From Octopus vulgaris (Eukaryota): DNA of 64,000 bases. The stretch is from assembly GCA_951406725.2 (NCBI GenBank), contig OX597836.1, positions 21,762,001 through 21,826,000 on the forward strand, read 5' to 3'. The position numbers and the translations under genes were made by a program. Below the pieces are notes generated by a model. It was not told the origin of the DNA, searched no databases, and saw only the letters and a list, made by a program, of their open reading frames with translations. Positions 15,257 to 29,132 of this stretch are shown here, in pieces (position 1 is the stretch's first letter; each line of letters begins with the position of its first letter).

Positions 15257-15334
15257 GTTTACAGCTGTTTCTGTGCCCCATAGTTGAGGTAAATATGTAT
15301 TTACCTCGTTGCAAATGGTGGACGTCATCAGAAC
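15257..15334 (-). ncRNA. type I hammerhead ribozyme motif with long helix II
   Basis: Minus: GTT-CTGATGA-[helix II containing GAGGTAAAT/ATTTACCTC]-GAAACAGCTGTA-AAC; palindromic helix III. Confidence 0.6.
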
Positions 15335-15693
15335 GAAGAAGGCAGAGATAGACAAAGAGGAGAAGAGAGCGAAAAATAGAGAGAGGAATCGGAAAAGAAA
15401 ATGTTCAATGATTCGAAAGTCTTACATGTTAGTTGTGTTCAAAGTTCATTAAATTCGTTGTGAGGTAGTTGAAGAATAGAGGATGGTTGAATCCGAAGTC
15501 TCCTAGTTAATAGCATGGACATTTCCTTTCCTGATTCCTCCCTCTATCTTTCATATACATACAAACATACATACATATGTATACATATGTATATATGTAT
15601 GTATGTATGTATAAACGAATGTCTGTGTGTGTATATATATTAAATAAATATATATATACATATATATACATACATACATACATATATATATAT

Positions 15694-15769
<76 letters not shown>

Positions 15770-15834
15770 GTATTTTTCCATATATATGTGTGTGTGTGTG
15801 TGTATGTGTGTGTGTTTTAATATTCTGTTTGTTC

Positions 15835-16128
15835 CTTTCCGAGTCATGTCTGACTCATAAGGGCCGGTTTCCTGGTTTCAGTGGCGTATAGGTTCCCCAC
15901 CTGAATGGGACGCCGGTCCGCCGCAGGTGAGCTGCTAGAAGCAAGTGGAAAGAGTGAGAGAAAGTTGTGGCGAAAGAGTTAGCAGAAGTTCGCCATTACC
16001 ATCTGCCAGAGCCGCGTGGAGCTTAGGTGTTTCACTCATAAACACGCATATCGCCCGGTCTGAGAATCGGACACGCAATCCCTCGACCGCGAGTCCGCTG
16101 CTCTTACCACTAGGCCATGTGCCTCTAC
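15835..16128 (-). mobile_element. chimeric SINE: OR1-like head with V-like tail
   Basis: Head and body align with 10850-11031; tail CCTGCGGCGGACCGGCGTCCCATTCAGG differs from the family C tail. Confidence 0.65.
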
Positions 16129-16995
16129 TATGTATCAATATGTACGTATATTTATACATCCTGATGGGACCCATGAATATTTCACGGAATTAATAGTAAA
16201 CCTATTGGGTTATTTCTGAAAACTTTATCCAACAAACTTGAAAGCGTAGCCTGTGTTGTGTCTGTATGGAAAGATAGTCACTCATCTGTTACTCAACGAA
16301 AGGCAAAAGAAATTGGAATACAGTGATTACTTAATACACTTTATATACTTTATGCACAATTTTATAGACTTAATACACAACACTCATAAAATAAATATTC
16401 TCTCGTATTTTTCTGTTTTCCCATAAGCAAAAAAAAAAAAATGCAGTACGTATGATATAACCTTAAGTTAAATTGCATATATCTGCCATGTAAATAAGCG
16501 TGAATACTTCACAGAATTGCTCTGACGCACTGTCGTTAAGTGATAGGTGATATAAAAAACTTAGCTCAATTAAAAAATAAAACACTTTTCACTATGCAAT
16601 CACCACCACCACCACAACCACCATCTCCAACCACTCTCTCCCTTCTATCTTTTTCTGCATTTCTTTAACCTCACCATCAGAACATCACCCCTCTGCTAAA
16701 ATAATATTTTTAACCTTCCTCTTCTATACCTTCAACTGACTTTTTAAACCACGTAATAAATATTACGTTCCCCCTGCCTCTCGTACGTCAAGAACGCTTC
16801 TCCCTCCTCTTTTTCTCTCACAACCCTTTTCTCTCGCTCTTTCTTTATCCCCTTTCTGCCTCACTCTTCACCTTATCCTCTTTCATCTCTTCAATTTTCC
16901 TCTTTTTCCTTTCACCTGATCACGTGAAAGCGTTACCGATGGGCAAAGTAATGAAATGGCAAGCGGACTTATTAAAAGATACCTGTGTACTTATG

Positions 16996-17044
<49 letters not shown>

Positions 17045-17045
<1 letters not shown>

Positions 17046-17452
17046 TTTACTCTTTACTCTTTAACTTGTTTCAGTCATTTTACTGTGGCCATGCTGGAGC
17101 ACCGCTTTTAGTCGAGCAAATCGACCCCATAACTTATTCTTTGTGAGCCTAGTACCTATACTATCGGTCTCTTTTGTCGAACTGCTAAGTTACGGGGACA
17201 TAAACAGACCAGCATCGGTTGTCAAGCGATGTTGAGGAGACAAACACAGATACACAAACATATACACACATATACATATATATATATACATATATACGAC
17301 GGGCTTCTTTCAGTTACCGTCTACCAAATCCACTTACAAGGCTTTGGACGGCCCGAGGCTATAGTAGAAGACACTTGCCCAAGGTGCCACAAAGTGGGAA
17401 TGAACCCGGAACCATGTGGTTCGTTAGCAAGCTACTTACCACACAGCCACTC
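17045..17452 (-). mobile_element. SINE family A
   Basis: Homology to 7211-7612. Confidence 0.88.
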
Positions 17453-17461
17453 CAATATATG

Positions 17462-17523
<62 letters not shown>

Positions 17524-17529
17524 ATATAT

Positions 17530-17568
<39 letters not shown>

Positions 17569-17588
17569 CGTGCGTATAACCTGATCGA

Positions 17589-17651
17589 ACCATCTCAAGT
17601 GTAACTGTCCGAAATGGTCGTGACTTCTAGTACTTGACTGAAGAAAGAAAG
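17589..17651 (+). ncRNA. non-circularly permuted hammerhead ribozyme motif (copy 3, helix II decayed)
   Basis: ACCATC-TCAAGTG-TAACTGTCC-GAAATGGT-12 nt-TACTTGA-CTGAAGA-AAGAAAG. Confidence 0.6.
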
Positions 17652-17766
17652 CCAAGAATGACCCGTCTTTTTCGCCTGTCCTTCTAACTGTTGTTGTTCT
17701 TGTCCGTCTACGTGTCGTCTATCTGTCCAAATGTTTTAATGCCCTCTATTGCGTTTTTGTTCCATT

Positions 17767-17860
<94 letters not shown>

Positions 17861-17947
17861 AAATAAATATAAGAGAGTGGTCACTATATTGCTCACTCTA
17901 GCACCAGTTAATCCAAAATTAGTATCTAATTCTCTCACCCTTATTAA

Positions 17948-18026
<79 letters not shown>

Positions 18027-18689
18027 TATATGCATGCAGATATATATACACATGTGTATGTATACCTATACACACACACATATATATATATATGTATGTA
18101 TATGTATGTATACATATATATATATACGTATGTAGGTGTGTATGTATATTGCACACACCCCACACATTAATTATTTTGATCCTAATCAGTTATTCATCAC
18201 TTAACATCCGAGCAACTTATCTACTAAAAATAATTGCCATACGTCACCACCACCACCAACAACAACAGCAAGAACAACACCATCATCACCACCATCACCA
18301 CCATCATCATCATCTTGATGGCCACACAGCACCACTGTTTCCAGCATCCTGCGTAACCTCACACCATTACACGTCATCACCACAGTACTCCCCCCACACA
18401 CACACTACCAGCATGACTACCACCACATCATTTCCCAAATCACCACCATAGCCCGTCCCTTGATTACAGCAAGAAATATATTCCCTGGGGAGGCAGCGCC
18501 ATCAGGAGCAGCACAACCACCACCACCACCATCACAGCTACCATCACGACATCCACCACCAGCATCATCTACAACAACAACAGTAACAACACCAACTACA
18601 AAAAAATTTAGATGAATGTAATAATAATAGTAATAATATTGATAATGCTTTCAATGTGTAATCATAATACTAATCAAAAATTATTAATA

Positions 18690-18751
18690 TTTTTATTATT
18701 ATTATTATTATAATTATTATTAGTAGTAGTAGTAGTAGTAGTAGTAGTAGC

Positions 18752-18813
<62 letters not shown>

Positions 18814-18840
18814 CAGCAATAGTAATAGTAGGAGTAGCAA

Positions 18841-18877
<37 letters not shown>

Positions 18878-18908
18878 CGTAACAGTGGTAGTAGCAACAG
18901 TAGTAGTG

Positions 18909-18960
<52 letters not shown>

Positions 18961-19176
18961 AAATTATAGTAGCAGTAGTAGTGGGGTAACAAAAGTAAAA
19001 CAAAAGAAGAATGAGATGATAATGATTTCTTTTATAATGATAACAACAAAAACAATAGCAACAACAACAATAATAATAATAGTAACAAAAACCGTAATAA
19101 CAGCAGCAGCAGCAACAACAACAACAACCACCACAATAATAATAATAACAAAGACAACAATAACAACAACAACAAC

Positions 19177-19220
<44 letters not shown>

Positions 19221-19280
19221 TAATAAATAGTAATAATAATAAATAATAATAATAATAATAATAATGATGATGATGATGAT

Positions 19281-19347
<67 letters not shown>

Positions 19348-19366
19348 TAAATATATAATAATAATA

Positions 19367-19410
<44 letters not shown>

Positions 19411-19480
19411 TAATAAATAGTAATAATAATAAATAATAATAATAATAATAATAATAATGATGATGATAATGATTATAATG

Positions 19481-19512
<32 letters not shown>

Positions 19513-19553
19513 TAATAATAATAATAATAATAACTAGATATATAATAATAATA

Positions 19554-19602
<49 letters not shown>

Positions 19603-19615
19603 ACAACAATAACAA

Positions 19616-19654
<39 letters not shown>

Positions 19655-19670
19655 TAATAATAATAATAAG
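18690..19670. repeat. compound trinucleotide microsatellite (TAG/AAT/AAC)
   Basis: Direct observation. Confidence 0.95.
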
Positions 19671-19980
19671 TGTGATAGCAGTAATAATTCCTTCTGCGAA
19701 ACAGCTGTTGTAGTTCTTCTGGGCGACATTTTAAATTATTCATAGGTTTTCGTTTATTGGAAATGATTTCATGTTGATGAAATTATGATATAATACAATG
19801 TTGAAGATGTATGACAGTGACGACATCAGCACCATCATCACCACTATCACCTCCAACAACAGCAACAACAACAACAATTACAACAACAACGACGGTGATA
19901 AACGCAATAAAATAAATCAATAGATAAATAAAAACTTTATTGCAGGAAAGCAAACAACTCGTCTTCTCTTGGGAGCATAT

Positions 19981-20011
<31 letters not shown>

Positions 20012-20211
20012 CGTATACATACATATACACACATACATACGCACATACATTCATTCATACATACATACATACATACATACATACATACATACATACATAC
20101 ACACGCAACCGCACGCGCACACACGGACATGTGTCTATGTGTTCACACGTGGGTGTGTTTGTGTGTACGTACTACGTACGTAAGTGTGTGTGTATACAGA
20201 TAGATAGATAG

Positions 20212-20242
<31 letters not shown>

Positions 20243-20979
20243 AATACATATGTATGTATGTATGTATATATATGTCTGTGTGTGTGTGTGTATGTGTGTA
20301 TGTATATGTACGTATATAAATATATATATATATATATATTTATGTATGTATGTTTAGGCGGCGATTGGCTGTGTTGTTGAAAACGTCGGATATAAGGCTT
20401 TGCAGTGATCGTTCTAGCTCTATACTCGTTGACTTCGAGCACGGCTGAGGTCAGCTTAACCGTTCAACTTTTGAGGATCGATAAATAAAGTTCCTGTCAC
20501 GTACTGAGATATATTCTCTCTCTCTCCCCTCTCTTCCTCTCTCTTGTTCCCATTCTCTTTCTGGAAGAAATTCAACAATGATCGGACCTTGAAAGGTGGG
20601 GTTCTGCTAGGTTTAATAAAGTACTCAAGACAAGCTGTATGTCACGATGACATCCTAAGAATCTATTAAGTTGAGGGAGCTAAGCCATGTCTATTAGGGT
20701 TCTACATAGTATATACTAGCCAGTCTGTCAGTCTACCGAAGATAGTCCTTTTGGGGTCGTGTGTGCAATATGGGGTCGTGTGTGCAATAGGGGGTCGTGT
20801 GTGTGTGCCATATAGAGTCACGTTAATCACTTGGCCCCAGAGCCAGTGAGATGGTCATGGATGGAATATTTTGGTCATGAATCTGCTTGGTCAAGACTGA
20901 CCTGGGGCTTAAAAAATCACCAACACAACACGAACAACAGCAACAGCAACAAAGCAACTTCAATAACACCGCCGCCGCC

Positions 20980-21011
<32 letters not shown>

Positions 21012-21136
21012 CAACAACAATAACCACAACAATATCAACAACTATAACAGGGTCAACAACAACAGTAACAACAAAAACAATAGCAGTAACAACAAGAACA
21101 ACAGCAAAGTTTGCCTTCAAAGGATCAACTACAAAC

Positions 21137-21309
21137 AGGCCTGGTTGTGTGGGTAAGAAGCTTGCTTCCCAGCCTCGTGGTTTCAGGTTCACTTCCGCCG
21201 CACCGTGTGGCGACTTGAGCTAGTGTCTTCTACTAAAGTCTCGGACCGACCAAAGCCTTATGAGTGGACTTGGGTTGACGGAATCTGAAAGAAACCTGTT
21301 GTATGTATA

Positions 21310-21356
<47 letters not shown>

Positions 21357-21751
21357 TAGCAGTATCGCCCGGCGTTGCTCGGGTTTGTAAGGGAAATAAC
21401 TATATAAGCATTTTTAGAGAGTTATAGCCAAAATATAGCAAAAAAATGCATTAAAAATGGAAAAAAAAATTATGGTAAATTTTTTTTTAAATCGTTGACT
21501 CATCGTAGACATTTTTAGAGAGTTACTTCCCTTATATAATAGCGAAAAAATGCATTAAAATGGAAAAAAATGATGGTAATTTTTTTTTTAAATCGTAGAC
21601 TCATCGTAGACGCGCGCTAATACCCAGAAGGGCTCGATATGAATCACGACTATAAGATACCCGGTTTTGGTTAAACTGCACCGCAAAATGTGGGAGTAGT
21701 TAGGAATCTAAATCGTAGGAGACAGACATACAACCTCACTTTTATATATAA

Positions 21752-21808
<57 letters not shown>

Positions 21809-21814
21809 CGTACA

Positions 21815-21853
<39 letters not shown>

Positions 21854-21988
21854 GTATCACGTTAGTCCCCCACCACCGCAAAATGGGATAAGTAATGGGA
21901 TCAGTTCATATGAGTAAAAATTCTTCAAGGTGTTGCCCCAGCTTGGCAGTAGTCTAGTGACTGAAACAACTAAAAGATAAAAGATAAA
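21137..21988 (+). mobile_element. diverged SINE family A split by a Helitron
   Basis: 5' half 21137-21305; 3' half about 21845-21988 ending GACTGAAACAACTAAAAGATAAAAG. Confidence 0.7.
21356..21754 (-). mobile_element. non-autonomous Helitron
   Basis: Minus strand starts TC, ends CTAG with subterminal hairpin CCCG-AGCAACGC-CGGG, inserted between A and T; internal ~100-bp tandem duplication. Confidence 0.85.
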
Positions 21989-22139
21989 GCAGCAACTGAG
22001 CTGAGCTGTTTAAGTCCCAAAATACTTTTTTACAGTCGATGGAATAGTCGTCGCTGGAACGACTTGGATTACAGGTCAGTTCGATCGTGGATGGTCTAGC
22101 TCCAAACCAACAACATCAACAACGACGACACGTCTGTGC

Positions 22140-22185
<46 letters not shown>

Positions 22186-22324
22186 TAAGTATCCTCCTAC
22201 ACGACAGATAGTGTTTCAGAAGGGAACCGCCACACCTGCCAACCATTACTTTTAACATGATCACAACTACCCAGATAAATATATCAGTTAATTGCTTAAT
22301 CACCTGATGACATGGTGTCTCCTG

Positions 22325-22380
<56 letters not shown>

Positions 22381-22590
22381 GCACACACATTATATATGCA
22401 TATTATATATCTTTAACTAGTTTCAGCTCGGGAGCTGCCGTCACGCTGTGACACCGCTGCTAGTTTTGCTCCACCTTCACTACTTGAAACCGCCTCTGAT
22501 ATGCTGCATTTTGGTGAATAAGAAAGTTTGATGCTGCTGCCCTCATCTGCGTTTCCTGTTGTGAAGTAGACCAATTCCGAGAGGGGGGGG

Positions 22591-22912
22591 AGCACTCCGT
22601 CGGTTACGACGATGAGGGTCCCAGCTGATACGATCAACGGAACAGCCTGCTCGTGAAATTAACGTGCAAGTGGCTGAGCAATCCACAGACACGTGTACCC
22701 TTAACGTAGTTCTCAGGGAGATTCAGCGTGACACAGAGTGTGACAAAGCCGGCCCTTTGAAATACAGGTACAACTCATTTTTGCCAGCTGAGTGAACTGG
22801 AGCAACGTGAAATAAAGTGTCTTGCTCAAGGACACAACGCATCGCCGGGAATCGAACTCACGACCTTACAATCGTCAGTCGAATGCCCTAACCACTAAGC
22901 CACGCGCCTTCA
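22591..22912 (-). mobile_element. SINE family C (OR2-like, CORE-like box), full length
   Basis: Head GAAGGCGCGTGGCTTAGTGGTTAGG...GAGTTCGATTCC, then GTGTCCTTGAGCAAGACACTT, then the tail shared with OR1-like copies. Confidence 0.85.
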
Positions 22913-22929
22913 CCAGACCAATTCGGAAC

Positions 22930-24402
22930 CAGTTTAGAAGGAAATCCAGTTTTGTTTCGAAGACACCAACATCTACCCCGTGTAGGTCTCTCAGGCTTTT
23001 TGGGAGGATATTGGAGAGCTGTAGGCCCTCGAAACCCAAGCTGTTGCAGTATCTGGTTCTATATCCTGATAGAGATGTCGAAGTATTTGGCACTACGCAG
23101 CGGCGCCCCGTTCTGCTGTTTGTGTAACTTTCGATATCAAAGTTTGGTACAAGTCCTTCCAGGATCTTCCAGATGTGCTCCACTGCATATCTTACCCGCC
23201 TTCGTTCTAGGGAGTAGAGTATTAACTTTCTCAGCTTTTCCCAGTAGCTGACATGTCATATTGAGACAATCTTCTCTCTGTAACTTCGCTGGATTACTTC
23301 GATTTTTTTTTTTTTTTTTTTACTTGTTTCAGTCATTTGACTGCGGCCATGCTGGAGCACCGCCTTTAGTCGAGCAAATCGACCCCGGGACTTATTCTTT
23401 GTAAGCCCAGTACTTATTCTATCGGTCTCTTTTTGCCGAACCGCTAAGTGACGGGGACGTAAACACACCAGCATCGGTTGTCAAGCAATGCTAGGGGGAC
23501 AAACCCAGACACACAAACATACACACATATATATATATATATATATATACATATATATACGACAGGCTTCTTTTAGTTTCCGTCTACCAAATCCACTCAC
23601 AAGACATTGGTCGGCCCGAGGCTATGGTAGAAGACACTTGCCCAAGATACCACGCAGTGGGACTGAACCCGGGACCATGTGGTTGGTTAGCAAGCTACTT
23701 ACCACACAGCCACTCCTGCGCCTGAGTTCCGTCATTAATTTTACACTTTGTGGTGACCATAGTGGGGAACAGTAGGTTAAGCGCTTGAGGACTTATGTTC
23801 TCCAGAGGACAATCATAGTTTCCTGTTTTCTCGTTCTGAAAGCTCTAAGGATCCAGTCAGCCAGCTGTCTGCAATTTATTGCCAATTTAGAAAGATGCAC
23901 CTGGAAAAATGCATCATTACTCATGTCGATGCCCAAGTCACACAATGATTTTGATTCAGGGATTGCAATCCCTCCTGGACCAGTGCATCCTTTCTGCATT
24001 TCATTCAGCTTTGTGTGCTAGTAGCGCAGGGCTTGGCAATTTCCAGCATTAACTTGCATGTTATTACCCTCATCCCACCTGCATATTACATTTAACTTCT
24101 TTTACAGGTGCGCAATATCTCCAGGGTTCTGAATCCTGTCAAAGACTTTTGTGTCGTCTGCATAACAAGCAAGGGTGGTTAAATGAGCGGCTGAGGGCAT
24201 GTGGGGAGCACCACTATTCATAATGGCCCTGTGGAACGTCACTCATTATTTGTGTTTCCTTAGAGGTGACTCCATTGGCCACCACTGCTTGACTTATATC
24301 TTTCAGAATGTTGTGTAGCCACTCTTCAAGTCGAGATCACACAGCTTGACATATCAGACCATGGTCGTGTTTTTATGTCAAACTTCTCACCACATAGCCA
24401 AT

Positions 24403-24405
<3 letters not shown>
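22930..24405 (-). mobile_element. decayed LINE ORF2 (CR1/L2 group) RT C-terminal half, interrupted by a SINE
   Basis: YADDTKV, DLGIDMSND, YCSPLWSP, EVIQR, LYSLERRRVRY, WKILEGLVPN motifs with stops and frameshifts. Confidence 0.85.
23320..23723 (-). mobile_element. SINE family A inserted in the LINE
   Basis: Full-length homology; LINE frame resumes on both sides. Confidence 0.9.
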
Positions 24406-24467
<62 letters not shown>

Positions 24468-24545
24468 CATTCAAAATGTGACCGCGTGTATCGTTGGCGA
24501 TTTTTTTCCACCGTCTTCCCTTCTTTGGATCTTTCCCTTTCCTAT

Positions 24546-24580
24546 GTTTCTGACGAAGAGCTCCGCTCGAAACGTTGAAT
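24546..24580 (+). ncRNA. minimal type I hammerhead ribozyme (Penelope-type)
   Basis: GTTT-CTGACGA-A-GAGC(TCC)GCTC-GAAAC-GTT-GAAT, inside a ~220-bp unit (24468-24685) homologous to 56221-56420. Confidence 0.7.
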
Positions 24581-24682
24581 CCTCCTTCTTTCTTTCCTTT
24601 CCTCAGCGTCTAATAACACTATACTTGTTCCACGTCCTCGCGTTGTTGTGTTTTCTCTTTGTGTTTTCATGTTTTCATTAAT

Positions 24683-24745
<63 letters not shown>

Positions 24746-25129
24746 CGTTACATACGATTCATAAATAATCAAGGCATAGTACATCCACCAATTTACTAGA
24801 CAGAACCACGCAGAGCCGACAGTGAAGTTATCAGTTGTCAGTTTTAAAGCAACGATGAAGATCAGTCACTGCTGTTGGATAATTAGCAATCTCAACTAGG
24901 AGTAATTCGACGAATAGTAGAAAGTCTGGTGTGGCGTGAAACAACAATCGTAAAAAACAAACGAATGGGTTTTAAATTTTTATGACGACTGTTTAGCTGA
25001 GAATCTTTTAACTGTTGTAAGCATAATGCAATGTTATGGATTGCGCTAGACATTATGTGATTATTATGCTCATCGGGTTTTATGTAAGGAGTTGAACATA
25101 AAGTTAAGTAATCCAAAACACACACACAC

Positions 25130-25171
<42 letters not shown>

Positions 25172-25220
25172 CTTGTATTTATATATATATATATATGTAT
25201 TTATGTTTCTTTCTGTGTGT

Positions 25221-25279
25221 ATTCCACTGATGAGGCAAAGCATTCCTAAATGCAAAGCCAGAAATCCGGGATCTGGAAT
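25221..25279 (+). ncRNA. type I hammerhead ribozyme motif
   Basis: ATTCCA-CTGATGA-GGC..GCATT(CCTA)AATGC..GCC-A-GAAA-TCCGGGA-TC-TGGAAT; perfect 6-bp helix I. Confidence 0.7.
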
Positions 25280-25454
25280 TATCCAGTCATTTTTTACTAG
25301 TTTCATCTTGTCTCTTTATCAGGGTATCTAAGAGATACCACCATGCTGAAAATAGCAGCCATGATCTGACTCTAAAACCACCTTAAGTGTCCATATAGCA
25401 ACACGGAGAGAAGACAAAGAGACAAGACGAAACTAGTAAAAAAATTGCTGGATA

Positions 25455-25513
25455 ATTCCAGATCCCGGATTTCTGACTTTGCATTTAGGAATGCTTTTCC
25501 TCATCAGTGGAAT
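25455..25513 (-). ncRNA. type I hammerhead ribozyme motif (mirror copy)
   Basis: Reverse-complement copy of 25221-25279 with two substitutions at the base of helix II. Confidence 0.62.
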
Positions 25514-25562
25514 ACACACAGAAAGAAACATAAATACATATATATATATATAAAAATACAAG

Positions 25563-25608
<46 letters not shown>

Positions 25609-25933
25609 ATCGTAAAGCTTCTTCTTCTTCTTCTTCTTCTTCTTCTTCTTCTTCTTCTTCTTCTTCTTCTTCTTCTTCTTCTTCTTCTTCTTCTTCTTCT
25701 TCTTCTTCTTCTTCTTCTTCTTCTCCTTTTTCTGGCAGAAACTTTATCACGCCGGGCTAACGTCTGTCTTTACGTTCTGAGTTCAAATTGCGCCGAAACC
25801 GACTTTACCTTTGATCCTTTCGGGGTTGATAAATTAAGTACCAGTTGTATACTGGGGGTCGATCTAATAGACTTGTCCCCCTCCCACCAAATTTCGGGCC
25901 TTGTGCCTAGAGTAGAAACGAAGTAATTAAGTA

Positions 25934-25994
<61 letters not shown>

Positions 25995-25995
<1 letters not shown>

Positions 25996-26090
25996 CTTTT
26001 TTCTTCTTCTTTCAAATTTGCTTCCATTTCTTGCCGAGTGTCTTTCCGACCCCTAGGGCAAAGGAACTCATAGTATACATTGGTAGGCCA
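25995..26090 (-). mobile_element. 3' UTR fragment of R4/Dong-like element at (TAA)n
   Basis: Minus GCCCTAGG...ACACTCGGCAAGAA..GGAAG.AAATTTGAA matches 52311-52360; followed by (TAA)n. Confidence 0.7.
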
Positions 26091-26116
26091 TTAAACTAAA
26101 CTCACTAGTTCGTTCA

Positions 26117-26149
<33 letters not shown>

Positions 26150-26172
26150 CATCATCATCATCATCATCATCC

Positions 26173-26275
<103 letters not shown>

Positions 26276-26706
26276 AGAAGCGATCCCGCAGGATCGTTAA
26301 CGCACCGGACAAAATACTTAGAGGCACTTCGTCCGTCTTTTTACGTTCTGTGTTCAAATCCCGCCGAAGTCAGTCGACTGTGCCAATTCATCCTTTCGGG
26401 GGAGGGTTCGATAAAATAAAAAAAAAGGTACCAGTTTCACACTGGGGGTCAATGTAACTGACTTACCACTCTCCCCCTCCAAATTCCTGGCCTTGTGCCA
26501 AAGTTTGAAACCTCTACTCTTCTCATTTTTATCGTCGTCGTCGCCGTCATCGCTGTTGTAATTATATCACCCTTGTCCTCGTCTCATTTGTTATGCAACA
26601 ATCTATAATTATTAATGCAGACCTCTATAATTAGCTGGAGTAAACATTTCTACCATTGCTTCTGCTGCAGCCGATGTTCTTGCTGTAATTGTTGTTGTTC
26701 CTGTCG

Positions 26707-26738
<32 letters not shown>

Positions 26739-26839
26739 ATTCATGCTTTTCTTCATTGGTTGGTGCTTGCGTTGGTCTTAATAAGTCAGGCAGCAGTAAA
26801 AGTAATGAGGCGGTTTCAAATTACAGAATTATAGCTGCG

Positions 26840-27011
<172 letters not shown>

Positions 27012-27021
27012 ATATATATAT

Positions 27022-27068
<47 letters not shown>

Positions 27069-27077
27069 ATGGAAATA

Positions 27078-27114
<37 letters not shown>

Positions 27115-27121
27115 GTGTGTA

Positions 27122-27161
<40 letters not shown>

Positions 27162-27167
27162 GAAATA

Positions 27168-27204
<37 letters not shown>

Positions 27205-27286
27205 GTGTATATATGTATGTATGCATATATATATATATGTTTGTGCGTATATATATACGTGTGTGTATATGCATATACACACACCC

Positions 27287-27349
<63 letters not shown>

Positions 27350-27462
27350 TCATATTTCCATATTTCATTCTTGCTTCCCGTACATGTATGGATGGACGTA
27401 AGTTTGTATGAATGCATGTGTGTATGTGTATGAATATGTATATGTGTCTATATGAAGGACGT

Positions 27463-27509
<47 letters not shown>

Positions 27510-27712
27510 TATAATGATAGGTACATTTTGTATGTGTTTTTCAACATAAATGCATTTATATTAGTATTCACAGACAAACAGACAGACACGCACACACGCA
27601 TACACACACGCACGCACACACACACATACATACATAAATACATAATACATACATACATACATTCATAAATGCCTATAAGTACATGTATATGTATGTGTGT
27701 ACATATGTCTTT

Positions 27713-27754
<42 letters not shown>

Positions 27755-28078
27755 TCGCACACACATATACGTACATATATATATTCATATATATGTGTAT
27801 GTGTGATTGAGTGTGTGTGTGTAAATACTAAGCGGTCACTGATGTTTACCAATACTTGATTTGGTTAGCCGTAACCTGGAATACACCTGACAGCAACTAC
27901 GGTACCCGCCTGGATAATTTATCCCTATTTATTCACTCACCTTATACACGCGCGCGTGCGTGTGTGCGTGTGTGGCAGTATATGTGTGTACATGCATATA
28001 TGTATGTATGTATGTATGTATATAGGGACAGCCATATAGGGTCGAGATTAGCATTTCTATGCATATAAGATGCATATT

Positions 28079-28124
<46 letters not shown>

Positions 28125-28185
28125 GAGAGAGAAAGAGAGAGAGAGAATACAGGGTGAGGGGGAAAACGAGAGAAAGAGAGTGTGA

Positions 28186-28239
<54 letters not shown>

Positions 28240-28309
28240 AACACACACACGTATACATACATACATACATACATACATACATACATACATACGTACGTAC
28301 ATACATACA

Positions 28310-28403
<94 letters not shown>

Positions 28404-28719
28404 TATATGTAATGAATGTAATCCCAGATACGTTATGTATGAACGTAAGAAGATGGGATGGGCGTGGGAGGAGAGTTTGTGATCATAGGAATCCTTGATC
28501 TGGGCAGATACGGGAGCTAAGTGCTAACTTCTACAAGAACTACTGCTGTGGTTGATGCTACTACCACTACTGAAACCCGGCTGCTGACGCCTGCCCCTGC
28601 AATTCCATCTCATGATAGTGAAATATTGAATTGTGATACTCAAGGAATTCTTGTCTCTTCTCTGCTATGTATATGACACAAAAGAAATCACAAAAAGAAA
28701 GAAGAGAAAATGTATGATG

Positions 28720-29132
28720 AGGCGCAGGAGTGGCTGTGTGGTAAGTAGCTTGCTAACCAACCACATGGTTCCGGGTTCAGTCCCACTGCGTGGCATCTTG
28801 GGCAAGTGTCTTCTGCTGTAGCCCCGGGCCGACCGATGCCTTGTGAGTGGATTTGGTAGACGGAAACTGAAAGAAGCCTGTCGTATATATGTTTGTATAT
28901 GTATGCGTGTGTATGTGTTTGTATGTTTGTGTGTCTGTGTTTGTCCCCCTAGCATTGCTTGACAACCGATGCTGGTGTGTTTATGTCCCCGTCACTTAGC
29001 GGTTCGGCATAAGAGACCGATAGAATAAGTACTGGGCTTACAAAGAATAAGTCCCGGGGTCGATTTGCTCGACTAAAGGCGGTGCTCCAGCATGGCCGCA
29101 GTCAAATGACTGAAACAAGTAAAAGAGAGTAA
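28720..29132 (+). mobile_element. SINE family A, full length
   Basis: Homology to 7211-7612. Confidence 0.9.

Larger units (their letters stand above)
25131..25607. repeat. ~190-bp inverted repeat with 92-bp spacer
   Basis: 25131-25320 is the near-exact reverse complement of 25413-25607, microsatellites included. Confidence 0.92.

Noticed and set aside
22413-22637. 74-aa ORF
   Set aside because: Begins inside a SINE tail; no splice signals or recognisable motif.
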